44,652 bases of DNA. Origin: an uncultured Acetobacteraceae bacterium. Its GTDB lineage: Bacteria > Pseudomonadota > Alphaproteobacteria > Acetobacterales > Acetobacteraceae. Each line of letters starts with the position of its first letter. Position 1 is the first letter of the stretch. Positions 17,275-26,712 of the stretch are shown here, one piece after another. Both the position numbers and the translations under genes were made by a program. The stretch is taken from positions 28,858 through 73,509 of the forward strand of contig CAZZWN010000001.1 in the NCBI GenBank assembly GCA_964657765.1. The letters are read 5' to 3'. The notes under the pieces are model-generated. The model was not told the origin of the DNA, did no database searches, and saw nothing but the letters and a program-made list of their open reading frames with translations.

Positions 17275-18645
17275 ATGCAGGCGGAGATCCGGCTGAACGC
17301 GTTCACCATGAACTGCGTCGGCCACCAGTCCCCCGGCCTCTGGACCCATCCGCGCGACCGGACCGCCGAGTACACCAGCTTACGGTATTGGACGGATCTG
17401 GCACGGGTGCTGGAGGCCGGGCTGTTCGACGGCGTGTTCCTCGCCGATGTGCTGGGCGTTTACGATGTCTATGCCGGGACTGCGGACGCCGCCCTGCGCC
17501 GGGCGACGCAGGTGCCGGCGAACGATCCCACATTGGTGATACCCGCCATGGCAGCCGTCACGCAGCATCTCGGGTTCGGCGTCACGGTGAACCTGTCCTA
17601 TGAGCCGCCGTTCCCCTTTGCCCGCCGCATGTCCACACTGGACCACCTGACCGGCGGGCGTGTCGGCTGGAACATCGTGACGGGCTACCTGGACAGCGCG
17701 GCGCGGGCGAATGGCCGCGCGGTGCAGGCGGCCCATGACGACCGCTACGACATCGCCGACGACTACATGGCGGCAGTGTACAAGCTGTGGGAGGGAAGCT
17801 GGGCGGACGACGCCGTCGTGCGCGACCGGACCACCGGCGTGTTTACCCGGCCGGAGCGCGTGCGTGCCATGCACCATCCAGGCCCGCACCATCCCTTGGA
17901 CGCGATCCATCTGGCCGAACCCTCTCCCCAGCGCACCCCGGTGCTGTATCAGGCGGGCTCGTCGCCACGCGGCCGGACCTTCGCGGCCACGCATGCCGAG
18001 TGCGTGTTCGTCTCGGGTCCATCCGCACAGGCGGTCGCAACCCGCGTGGCGGCCATCCGCACCCTCGCGGCCGAACGCGGCAGGCAGGTCATCGTGTTCG
18101 CCATGTTTACGGCCATCCTGGGCGAAACCGAGGCGGCGGCATGCGCCAAGCATGCCGAATACGTCGCCCACGTCAGCCACGAGGGCGCGCTGGCCCTGAT
18201 GTCCGGCTGGACGGGTGTGGACCTGTCTGCCTATCGCCTCGATGAGCCGATCCGCTACGTGGAGAACGATGCCGGGCGATCGGCGATGGAGAACATCACC
18301 CGCGCCGACCCATCCCGCCAATGGACCGTGCGCGACGTTGCCGAGCATGTCGGGATCGGCGGCATCGGCCCCGTCCTCGTCGGAACGCCGCAGAGCGTCG
18401 CGGACGGGATGGAGGCTTGGATCGAGGCGACGGGGGTGGACGGGTTCAACCTCGCCTCCGTCGTGGCGCACGAAACCTTCGCGGACGTGGCACAGCTGCT
18501 GGTGCCCGAACTGCAGCGCCGCGGACGCTACAAACAGCGCTACGCCCCAGGCACGTTGCGTGAGAAGCTGTTCGGAGGCGGGCCGACCCTGCCTGCTGTC
18601 CACCCTGCCGCCGCCTCCCGCTGGCCGGCTGAGCACGCCTCGTGA
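17275..18645 (+). CDS. LLM monooxygenase, NtaA/DmoA/DszA family
   Basis: AFTMNCVGHQSPGLW, FLADVLG, GWNIVTGYL, PSPQRTPVLYQAGSS, LVPELQRRG, TLREKL. Confidence 0.9.
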   Translation: MQAEIRLNAFTMNCVGHQSPGLWTHPRDRTAEYTSLRYWTDLARVLEAGLFDGVFLADVLGVYDVYAGTADAALRRATQVPANDPTLVIPAMAAVTQHLGFGVTVNLSYEPPFPFARRMSTLDHLTGGRVGWNIVTGYLDSAARANGRAVQAAHDDRYDIADDYMAAVYKLWEGSWADDAVVRDRTTGVFTRPERVRAMHHPGPHHPLDAIHLAEPSPQRTPVLYQAGSSPRGRTFAATHAECVFVSGPSAQAVATRVAAIRTLAAERGRQVIVFAMFTAILGETEAAACAKHAEYVAHVSHEGALALMSGWTGVDLSAYRLDEPIRYVENDAGRSAMENITRADPSRQWTVRDVAEHVGIGGIGPVLVGTPQSVADGMEAWIEATGVDGFNLASVVAHETFADVAQLLVPELQRRGRYKQRYAPGTLREKLFGGGPTLPAVHPAAASRWPAEHAS

Positions 18646-18662
18646 ACCCAGGAGCCTCCGCA

Positions 18663-19871
18663 ATGGACATCGCCGTTCCAGCCAACGCGCCTCCCGCCCC
18701 GGTGCTGCGCACCGACGCCGAGGCGATCCAGGCTGCCCACACGCTGGCCGCAGCATTCCTGCCCGGCGCCCTCGAGCGGGACCGCGACCGCCGCCTGCCC
18801 TTCGCCGAAATGGAGCAGTACTCGGCGAGCGGCCTAGGCGGCATCACCGTGCCCAAGGCGTATGGCGGCCCCGAGCTGTCGATGACGACATTGGCGGAGG
18901 TTACCGCAATCATCTCCGCCGCCGATGCGTCGCTCGGTCAATTGCCGCAGAACCACCACGGCTTCCTGCGCCTGCTGCGCTACGAGCCGGATGCGGCGAA
19001 GGCGGCCGCCTTCTTCCGCCTCGCGTTGGATGGCGCGCGGTTCGGCAATGCGCTGGCCGAGTCCGGCGGCAAGACCACGCGCGACGTGGCCGCGCGCATG
19101 CGAAGGGCGCCTGGCGGCTGGATCGTGAACGGAACCAAGAACTACAGCACGGCCGCCCTGTTCGCGCACTACATTCCGGTGCAGGCGTTGGACGAGGACG
19201 GTCTCGCGCGCCGGGCCGTCGCCGAGCGGCACGCCCCCGGCCTGACCGTCATCGACGACTGGTCGAGCTTCGGCCAGCGCACCACTGCGAGCGGCACCGT
19301 CACCCTGCAGGAGGTCTTCGTCCCCGACAGCCATGTCATCGCCGCCTACCAAGCCTCGGCCAAGCCGACGCTGTATGGCCCGGTGTCGCAGATCATCCAG
19401 GCCGCCATCGACCTGGGGATCGCGCGCGGCGTGATCACCGACACGATCGCATTCGTCCGCACCCGGTCGCGCCCCTGGATCGACAGCGGGCAGGACCGGG
19501 CGGCGGACGACGTCTACACGATCGCGGCCGTCGGGGACCTGCAGGTGCGGCTGCACGCGGCGGACGCGATGCTGCGGCGCGCCGGGCTGATCATCGACGA
19601 GGCCACACGCGACGAGACGGCCGATGCCGTCGCCGGTGCGTCGATTGCCGTGGCGGAATGCAAGGTGCTCACGACCGAGGTCGCCCTTCAGGCGGCCAAC
19701 AAGCTGTTCGAACTGGCCGGCACGCGCGCGACGTTGGCCGAGCACGGGTTGGATCGGCACTGGCGCAATGCCCGCGTCCACACGCTGCACGACCCCGTGC
19801 GCTGGAAGTTCCACGCGATCGGCAACCACGCCTTGAACGGAGTCAACCCGCCCATCCATGCATGGATTTGA
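18663..19871 (+). CDS. sfnB: SfnB/DszC-family sulfur-acquisition oxidoreductase
   Basis: SLGQLPQNH, DDWSSFGQRTTASG, RSRPWIDSG, LDRHWRNARVHTLHDPVRWK; AGGAG SD before ATG 18663. Confidence 0.88.
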   Translation: MDIAVPANAPPAPVLRTDAEAIQAAHTLAAAFLPGALERDRDRRLPFAEMEQYSASGLGGITVPKAYGGPELSMTTLAEVTAIISAADASLGQLPQNHHGFLRLLRYEPDAAKAAAFFRLALDGARFGNALAESGGKTTRDVAARMRRAPGGWIVNGTKNYSTAALFAHYIPVQALDEDGLARRAVAERHAPGLTVIDDWSSFGQRTTASGTVTLQEVFVPDSHVIAAYQASAKPTLYGPVSQIIQAAIDLGIARGVITDTIAFVRTRSRPWIDSGQDRAADDVYTIAAVGDLQVRLHAADAMLRRAGLIIDEATRDETADAVAGASIAVAECKVLTTEVALQAANKLFELAGTRATLAEHGLDRHWRNARVHTLHDPVRWKFHAIGNHALNGVNPPIHAWI

Positions 19872-20643
19872 CGACCACCGTCAACTCGTTGGGGTGAGAT
19901 TGCGATAAGCAAGGCGTAGCAGCATGGGCCAGGGCCCTGCGGAGGGATTTCTTCGCCTGTTCGAACAAGGCGCCGTCCCGGTCGCGTGGGCGGGGCAGGC
20001 CGATTTCGTGGATTTCCTGCAATCGCCCGGGATGGGGCTGCAGCACGGCGATGCGGTCGCCCAGGATCAACGCCTCCTCGATATCATGCGTCACGACCAC
20101 CAGGGTCGGCCGTTCATCCGCCCATAATTCCAGCAGGTGCTCCTGCAGGCTGGCGCGGATCATGGAGTCGAGCGCGGAAAAAGGCTCGTCCAGCAGCAGG
20201 ACCTGTGGCCGGGTCACCAAGGCTCGCGCCAGGGCTGCGCGCTGCGCCATGCCGCCGGACAACTGCCGCGGCCAATCCTGTGCATGCCGCGTCAGCCCGA
20301 CACGCGCCAGCGCCGCCCGCACCACGCTGTCCCGCTCGGGGCGCGGCAGGTCGGACAGGCCGAATCCGACATTATCCGCCACACGCAGCCAGGGCAGCAG
20401 GCGGGGTTCCTGGAACACGATGCCGATCGCCGGGTGCGGGCCGCGGATCGGCTCGGCTCCCAACAGCACCCTGCCCTCGCTGGGCTGATCCAGCCCGGCG
20501 ATCAACCGCAGCAACGTGCTCTTGCCGCAACCGGATCCGCCCAGGATCACCAGGATCTCGCCCGCCGCTACATCCAGGCTCACGTTGTCGAGCGCCTGCA
20601 GGCCATTGTCGAAGGTTCGGCCCACCGACTGGATACGCAGCAT
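19843..20643 (-). CDS. ABC ATP-binding protein, SsuB-like
   Basis: GGSGCGKS, FQEPRLLPW, LSGGMAQR, LDEPFSALD; TGATG overlap with the permease. Confidence 0.9.
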   Translation of the reverse strand: MLRIQSVGRTFDNGLQALDNVSLDVAAGEILVILGGSGCGKSTLLRLIAGLDQPSEGRVLLGAEPIRGPHPAIGIVFQEPRLLPWLRVADNVGFGLSDLPRPERDSVVRAALARVGLTRHAQDWPRQLSGGMAQRAALARALVTRPQVLLLDEPFSALDSMIRASLQEHLLELWADERPTLVVVTHDIEEALILGDRIAVLQPHPGRLQEIHEIGLPRPRDRDGALFEQAKKSLRRALAHAATPCLSQSHPNELTVVVKSMHGWAG

Positions 20644-21470
20644 CAGCGCCCCCCTTCGTATGCGTCCTGCCAGCGCAGCAGCGGCGCAAAGCCGGCGACC
20701 AATACGGCGTCGGTGGCCTTGCCGAGAAGCGCGAAGACGACGATGGCCGCGAGGATTTGGTCGGGCTTGCCGAGTTGCTGCCCATCGACCAACAGATAGC
20801 CCAGCCCCTCCGACGCGCCCATGACCTCCGCCGCGACCACGAACATCCAGCCCAGGCCCAATCCGTTGCGCAGCGCCGCGAGGTAAGCGGGCAGGATCGC
20901 CGGCAGCAGGATGCGCCGGGTCAACGCCCAGCCGGAAAACCGGAAGCTGCGCCCCACCTCGACGATCTTCCGATCCACGCCCAGCACGGCGCTGAGCACG
21001 CCGAGATAGACCGGGAAGAACACGCCGACCGAGATCAGCACGATCTTCGACGTCTCGAAGATGCCGAACCACAGGATGAACAACGGGACCCAGGCCAGCG
21101 ACGGGATGGAGCGCAGGGCCTGTATCGTCGGGTCCAGCAACCGGCGGAGCAGCCGCGAGTACCCGGTTGCGGCGGCCAGGATGGTGCCGGCAAGCACGCC
21201 GCAGACGAAGCCCAGGCCGACCCGGCCCAGCGTGGCGGCGACGTGGTCCGCCAGTTCGCCGCTGCGGGCCAATGCCCACAACGTAGCGGCGACGCGGCTG
21301 GGCGGCGGCAACAGGCGGCCCTCCGCCCATTTGGCGCGCACCGCCAGCTCCCGCAACAGGGCGACGCCGAGCGGCAGGACCACCCCCAGCCAGGGCAGCC
21401 TCGCGCGCCGTGGAGCCCGCCGCCCTGGAACCGTCCGAACCGGGGCCGACAGTGCGCCGGCCGCGCTCAA
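20643..21470 (-). CDS. ABC permease, SsuC-like
   Basis: LLPPPS, RSIPSLAWVPLFILWFGI, WMFVVAAE; TTG start overlapping the SBP stop. Confidence 0.9.
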   Translation of the reverse strand: MSAAGALSAPVRTVPGRRAPRRARLPWLGVVLPLGVALLRELAVRAKWAEGRLLPPPSRVAATLWALARSGELADHVAATLGRVGLGFVCGVLAGTILAAATGYSRLLRRLLDPTIQALRSIPSLAWVPLFILWFGIFETSKIVLISVGVFFPVYLGVLSAVLGVDRKIVEVGRSFRFSGWALTRRILLPAILPAYLAALRNGLGLGWMFVVAAEVMGASEGLGYLLVDGQQLGKPDQILAAIVVFALLGKATDAVLVAGFAPLLRWQDAYEGGR

Positions 21471-22435
21471 CCCGCGGCGCTGCCGAAACGAGGATCGAAC
21501 AGGGTGGCGACCGCGGCATCCAGCTTCATGCTGGGCTCGATCAGCCCGACGGCCTGCATGGCCTGACCCGATTCCAGCAGACCCTGGCGCTGCGCGTCCT
21601 GCAGATAGCCCTGGGTGCTGTCGGTCCGCGCCAGTTGCAGCTGGATGACCGAAGGCGGCAGCTTCGCCAGCGCGGCAAGCGATCCGAACAGGTCCGCAGG
21701 CCGCTGCTGCGCATGCAGACGGCCCCGCTCGTATACGCCCAGCACGCGGCGGACGATCTCCGGATGCGCGTCGGCGAAGGCGGACCGGACGTTCAGCGCA
21801 CCCCAGCTGTTGAACGCAGGGTTGCGGTAGAACAGCCGCGTATGGTCTTCGACTTCGGACGCCGCCATCATCGGGTCGAGCCCAGCCCAGGCGTCCACGT
21901 CGCCGCGGATCAGCGCCGTCTTCCCATCCGGATGCTGCAGCAGCACCAGCTTGACGTCGGATGGCGTCAGCCCGGCCGTGCTCAGCGCGCGCACCAGGAA
22001 GATGTGCGGGTCCGTGCCGCGCGTCACCGCGATGCGCTTGCCCTTCAGATCGGCCACGCTGCGGATGGGGCTGTCCTGGGTGGCCACCAGCGCCGTCCAC
22101 TCGGCCCGCGAGTAGATGTAGACCGAACGGATCGGGTTGCCGCCAATGCTGGCGAGCAACGCAGCCGCACACGCCGTGGAGCCGAAATCGATGCTCCCGG
22201 CGTTGAGGAACTCCAACGCCTTGTTGGAGCCGAGCGACTGCACCCAGCGGATCCGGATGCCGTCACGGGCAAATTCGTCCTCGAGCAAATGCTGGTCTTT
22301 GATGAGCGCGCTCAATGGGTTGTACGTCGCGTAATCCAGGCGGATTTCCTGCAGCACCTCGGCGCCTTGGGCGGCGCCGACGAACGGCATGGCAAGCGCT
22401 GCACCCAACAGGGTTCGGCGTGATGACGTGGGCAT
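21467..22435 (-). CDS. Aliphatic sulfonate-family ABC substrate-binding protein
   Basis: SRRTLL signal; LDYATYNP, SLGSNKALEFLNAG, TRGTDPH, DAWAGLDP; GAGG SD. Confidence 0.9.
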   Translation of the reverse strand: MPTSSRRTLLGAALAMPFVGAAQGAEVLQEIRLDYATYNPLSALIKDQHLLEDEFARDGIRIRWVQSLGSNKALEFLNAGSIDFGSTACAAALLASIGGNPIRSVYIYSRAEWTALVATQDSPIRSVADLKGKRIAVTRGTDPHIFLVRALSTAGLTPSDVKLVLLQHPDGKTALIRGDVDAWAGLDPMMAASEVEDHTRLFYRNPAFNSWGALNVRSAFADAHPEIVRRVLGVYERGRLHAQQRPADLFGSLAALAKLPPSVIQLQLARTDSTQGYLQDAQRQGLLESGQAMQAVGLIEPSMKLDAAVATLFDPRFGSAAG

Positions 22436-22460
22436 AGTGGGGTCCTCGATGAATGGGGGG

Positions 22461-22540
22461 TCGGACTTACGCATTGATGGGCAGGTCGATCCCATTCAAG
22501 GCGTGGTTGCGTGCCGATCCAGCCCACGCCCGGCCAGCGC
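22461..22540 (-). pseudogene. Degenerate fragment of the sfnB 3' end
   Basis: Reverse complement aligns with 19732-19760 and 19822-19871 (38/50 identical in the second block by manual count), with a 61-nt internal deletion. Confidence 0.75.
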
Positions 22541-23029
22541 ATGATTGCCAGGACGACGTGATTTACGGGAAGACCATCGTCTCTCGGGGTGGCTGATCGA
22601 AGAACCGGGCAACCGGAGCCATGTGCAATCGGGTTATGGAGGAGGCAATTCGAGCTTACCGGACCGCATTTGACGCCGTTGAAGCATGAGGTCAATGCAA
22701 ACGGGATGCCTTGAATGCAATAAGAAGTATCTTAGCGCAAGTGAGCGAATTCCTAGCGTTTGCTGCTGCTTTTGATGATCTATTCAGCATAAATCTCTCT
22801 ACTAGATACTATATGAAGTGATGCAGATGACACTAGCGCGGATTTCGGACCCAGAAAATGGCTTTCCACCCATATACATTCTTATAGCCGATTTTTCTAT
22901 TTGATTTAATGACGTATTTCGAAGACGCTAAAGTATGAGGCCCGCGCGGTTGCCGCCTCTCGCAGGCAGAGACTTCACATCCCTCTGGTGATCTCGTCGT
23001 TCCGATACCAACCAAAGAAGAGCCAAAAG

Positions 23030-23617
23030 ATGTCCGACGTCCTCAACGAAGTCCTCTCCGCAAACAACGAGTACGCCGCCCATTTCGGCGAAAAGGCCAA
23101 CCTGCCACTGCCGCCGGGCCGGCATTTCGCCATCCTCACCTGCATGGACGCGCGGCTCGATCCCGCCAAATACGCCGGCCTTGCCGAAGGGGACGCGCAT
23201 GTGATCCGCAATGCCGGCGGCCGCGCCAGCGATGACGCGATCCGCTCGCTGGTGATTTCCCACAAGCTGCTCGGCACGCGCGAATGGTTCGTCGTCCACC
23301 ATACCAATTGCGGCATGGAGTTGTTTTCGGACGAGGTCATCGCCGGGTTGCTCGAAAAGAGCCTGGAAACCGCAAGCCTCGACGACAAGGGCTGGCACGA
23401 CCACGGCAAGGGCCCGGGTTCGGTGCATGGCCATTTCATCAAATGGCACACCATCGCCGATCAGCCGGCGAGCGTGACCGCCGACGTCGCGCGCATCCGC
23501 TCGCACCCGCTCGTCCCGAAAACGATCCCGATCTACGGCTACATCTACGACGTCAAAACCGGGCGGCTGAACGAGGTGAAGGCGGCGACCGCGGCCGGCT
23601 TCCCGGTGGCCGCCTGA
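23030..23617 (+). CDS. Beta-class carbonic anhydrase, clade-D-like
   Basis: Zn motifs TCMDARLD and HHTNCGM; RNAGG, RSLVIS, YDVKTG. Confidence 0.9.
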   Translation: MSDVLNEVLSANNEYAAHFGEKANLPLPPGRHFAILTCMDARLDPAKYAGLAEGDAHVIRNAGGRASDDAIRSLVISHKLLGTREWFVVHHTNCGMELFSDEVIAGLLEKSLETASLDDKGWHDHGKGPGSVHGHFIKWHTIADQPASVTADVARIRSHPLVPKTIPIYGYIYDVKTGRLNEVKAATAAGFPVAA

Positions 23618-23660
23618 GCTGGGCGTTACACGTCGCCGCCGGGCGGACGCGCGGATACCA

Positions 23661-24707
23661 ATGAGCCGTGCGGCGAAATGGCGCTCGTGGCGCTGGCTCG
23701 ACGCGGGCGCCATGGCCGCCGTGCTGATCGGGATGTCGCTGATCCTCGGCGCCAACGCGCCCGGCGGCGCCAGCGACCGCTTGGTGAACGTCTCCTACGA
23801 CCCGACGCGCGAACTCTATCAGGCCATCGACCCGCTGTTCGTCGCCGAGTACGAGAAGGCAACCCGGCGGCATCTCACCATCGTCCAGTCCCACGGCGGC
23901 TCGTCGCGTCAGGCGCGCAAGGTCATCGAGGGCGAGCAGCCGGCCGATGTCGTCACGCTCGGCCTGTTCTCCGACATCGAGGCGCTGCGCAAGCGCGGAT
24001 TGATCGCGGCGAATTGGGCCGACCGGCTGCCCAATCATTCGCTGCCTTATACCTCGACGATCGTGTTCGTCGTGCGCCAGGGCAACCCGCGCGGCGTCAA
24101 GGATTGGCCGGACCTCGTATCGCCCGGCGTCGATGTCGTCACGCCCGATCCGCGCACATCCGGCAATGGCAAGCTCGCGGCGCTGGCTGCCTGGGCGGCG
24201 GTCACCACACGCGGCGGGAGCGAGGCCGAAGCCGCCGCCTACCTGCGCACCCTCTACCAGCACGCGCCAACGCTCGACGAAGGCGCGCGCGCCTCCGCGA
24301 TCCGGTTCGCCACGCAGGAGATCGGCGACGTTCACCTCACCTGGGAGAACGAAGCGCTGCGCGAAGTCGCCGAAGCCACGGGCCGGCTGCAAGTTGTCTA
24401 TCCGCCCGTCAGCATCCTCGCCGAACCCAATGTCGCCTGGGTCGACAGCGCCGTCGCCAATACCGGCAAGCTCGAGCCGGCCAAGGCCTATTTGGGCTTC
24501 CTGTTCAGTGAAACCGGGCAGGAAACGATCGCCCGCTTCGGCTACCGCCCGCTCAACGCAGAGAGCGCGCGCAAGGCCGGCGTGAGCTTCCCCGACCTCA
24601 AGCTCGTGCCCGTCACCGCCATCGCACGCGACTGGAACGACGCCTCGGAAAAATTCTTCGCCGAGAACGGCGTCATCGACACGATCGTCGGAAGGCGGCC
24701 AAAGTGA
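23661..24707 (+). CDS. Sulfate/thiosulfate-binding protein (Sbp/CysP family)
   Basis: NVSYDPTRELY, QSHGGS, PYTSTIVFVVRQGNP, WENEA, SILAEP. Confidence 0.92.
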   Translation: MSRAAKWRSWRWLDAGAMAAVLIGMSLILGANAPGGASDRLVNVSYDPTRELYQAIDPLFVAEYEKATRRHLTIVQSHGGSSRQARKVIEGEQPADVVTLGLFSDIEALRKRGLIAANWADRLPNHSLPYTSTIVFVVRQGNPRGVKDWPDLVSPGVDVVTPDPRTSGNGKLAALAAWAAVTTRGGSEAEAAAYLRTLYQHAPTLDEGARASAIRFATQEIGDVHLTWENEALREVAEATGRLQVVYPPVSILAEPNVAWVDSAVANTGKLEPAKAYLGFLFSETGQETIARFGYRPLNAESARKAGVSFPDLKLVPVTAIARDWNDASEKFFAENGVIDTIVGRRPK

Positions 24708-26443
24708 TCATCGGCTACGACAGGCAGACGCTGCGCCGCGACGTCGTTGCCGGGTTGACCGTCGCGGCCATTTCGTTGCCGCAGGGCATGGCCTATGCGC
24801 TGCTGGCGGGGGTCGATCCGCGCTATGGCCTCTATTCCGCGATCCTGGTGACCATGGTCGCATCGATCTTCGGGTCGTCGTCCCACCTCATCAATGGCCC
24901 GACCAGCGCCATTTCGCTCGTTGTGTTTTCCGCCTTGTCGATCTTCGACGGCGATCAGCGCATCGAGGCGGCCGAGGCGATGTTCCTGCTCGGCGCAATG
25001 GTCGGCACGGTGCAGATCCTCGTCGCGGTATTCCGCCTGGGCGACCTTACGCGATACATTTCGGAGTCGGTCATCCTCGGCTTCATGGCGGCGGCGGCGG
25101 CGCTGCTCGCCATCGGCCAGGTCGGCAACGCGCTCGGCGTCCGCGATCGAGGCGCCGGCACCCAGCACGTGCTCCACCGGCTGTGGCTCACGCTGACGGC
25201 GGGCGACCCGGTCAACCTCAAGGCCGTCACCATCACGCTGGCGACGGTCGTGCTGGCGATCTCGTTCCGCGGCATCGTGCGGCGGTTCCGCCTGCCGCAG
25301 TTCGACATGCTGCTGGTCCTCGTCCTCGTCGGCGTGTTCGCCTACTACGCCGGCTGGACAGTTCCCGGACCCGGCGGAAAAACCGCGATCGGCGTCGCCG
25401 GGTTCGTCCCGAGCAGCCTGCCGACGCCGCATATTCCCAACGTTAAACTGAGTTGGGCGCTCGACCTGGCGTCCGATAGCGTGGCGATCGCCTTCCTCGG
25501 GCTGCTGGAGGCGTTGGCGATCGCCAAATCGATCGCTAATACCACGCGGCAGCCGCTCGATTACAACCGCCAGTGCCTCGCCGAAGGACTCGCCAACCTC
25601 GCCGGCGGATTCTTTCAATGCCTGCCCGGATCGGGCTCGCTGTCGCGCTCCGCCATCAATTTCCAGGCGGGTGCGGCGACCCGCATGTCCGGCATCCTGA
25701 CCGCCGCCTTCGTGGCCGTGGCCGTGCTGTTCCTGGCGCCGCTCGCGCGATATGTGCCAAAGCCGGCGCTCGCGGCGCTCCTGCTGCTGACGGCGGCACG
25801 GCTGATCGATCTCAAGCGGCTCGTCTATACCATCCAAGCGACCCGGATGGACGCTTGCATACTGATCGCGACTACGCTCACCGGGCTGGCGTTCGGCCTG
25901 GATCAAGCCATCCTCATCGGCGTTGCGTTATCGATCCTGCTGTTCGTTCCGCGGGCGGCCAAGCTGAAGGCGACGGAGCTGGTCGTTGACGCCGGGGACG
26001 TGGTGCGCGGCAGACATCCGGCCGATCCGCCGAATGCAGGATTCCTGATGTATGACCTCGAAGGTGAGTTGTTCTTCGGCGCGGCGCCTGAACTCGACCG
26101 CACGTTCGCGCGGATCGAACGGCAGGCGCGTGACGAAGGCGTTCGCCACGTCCTCTTGCGCCTCAAGCGCGTTCGCAATCCCGACGTCGTCAGCCTCGAG
26201 CATTTCGAGCATTTCCTGAAGCGGTCCGTAACGAACGAGATCACCGTCTGGCTCGCGGGATTGCAGCCCGATTTGCTCGAATCGTTCCGGCGTCTCGGCT
26301 TTCCGGATTGGCTACCGGATGAACGCCTCTTTCCAGAAGGTGCTGACGACGATTCCGCGACGCTCGGGGCGATCCGCAACATTCGCGCCCTGCTTTCAGA
26401 ACAAAAGGCCCACGCTGAAGACCGGCTCTATTATCTGGTCTGA
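24704..26443 (+). CDS. sulP: SulP/SLC26 anion transporter with STAS domain
   Basis: DVVAGLTVAAISLPQGMAYA, GLYS, GSSSHLINGPT, GSGSLSRS, GELFFGAA; GTGA overlap with the binding-protein gene. Confidence 0.92.
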   Translation: MIIGYDRQTLRRDVVAGLTVAAISLPQGMAYALLAGVDPRYGLYSAILVTMVASIFGSSSHLINGPTSAISLVVFSALSIFDGDQRIEAAEAMFLLGAMVGTVQILVAVFRLGDLTRYISESVILGFMAAAAALLAIGQVGNALGVRDRGAGTQHVLHRLWLTLTAGDPVNLKAVTITLATVVLAISFRGIVRRFRLPQFDMLLVLVLVGVFAYYAGWTVPGPGGKTAIGVAGFVPSSLPTPHIPNVKLSWALDLASDSVAIAFLGLLEALAIAKSIANTTRQPLDYNRQCLAEGLANLAGGFFQCLPGSGSLSRSAINFQAGAATRMSGILTAAFVAVAVLFLAPLARYVPKPALAALLLLTAARLIDLKRLVYTIQATRMDACILIATTLTGLAFGLDQAILIGVALSILLFVPRAAKLKATELVVDAGDVVRGRHPADPPNAGFLMYDLEGELFFGAAPELDRTFARIERQARDEGVRHVLLRLKRVRNPDVVSLEHFEHFLKRSVTNEITVWLAGLQPDLLESFRRLGFPDWLPDERLFPEGADDDSATLGAIRNIRALLSEQKAHAEDRLYYLV

Positions 26444-26712
26444 GCCGGGCGGCGCGACCGCCCTCAGGCATCGGGCGCCGGCCTGGCGCGCGTTTGTAGC
26501 GCAGCTTCGTGCAGCGCTTGCTCCTTCGGCGCAAGCCCGGCCAAGCACAACGCGTCCTGTCCGTCGACGACGGGATCGGCACCCTTTGCCTGCTCCGCCG
26601 TCACCTCGTTCCAGCCGTCCGGTATCGAGCCGACCCCACAATCTTGCATGCTCTCTCGGTCCACTACCGCTTCGTTAGCCTATTCTTCATCTCTATAGTC
26701 GAAACTGGGGGT

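Noticed and set aside
22312-22695. 127-aa minus-strand ORF with several Cys
   Set aside because: Its TTG start coincides with a probable -35 box, and it overlaps the sfnB relic and the SBP gene.
22700-22930. AT-rich divergent region as a specific Rrf2 or LysR operator
   Set aside because: Probably regulatory, but no clean palindrome could be defined.
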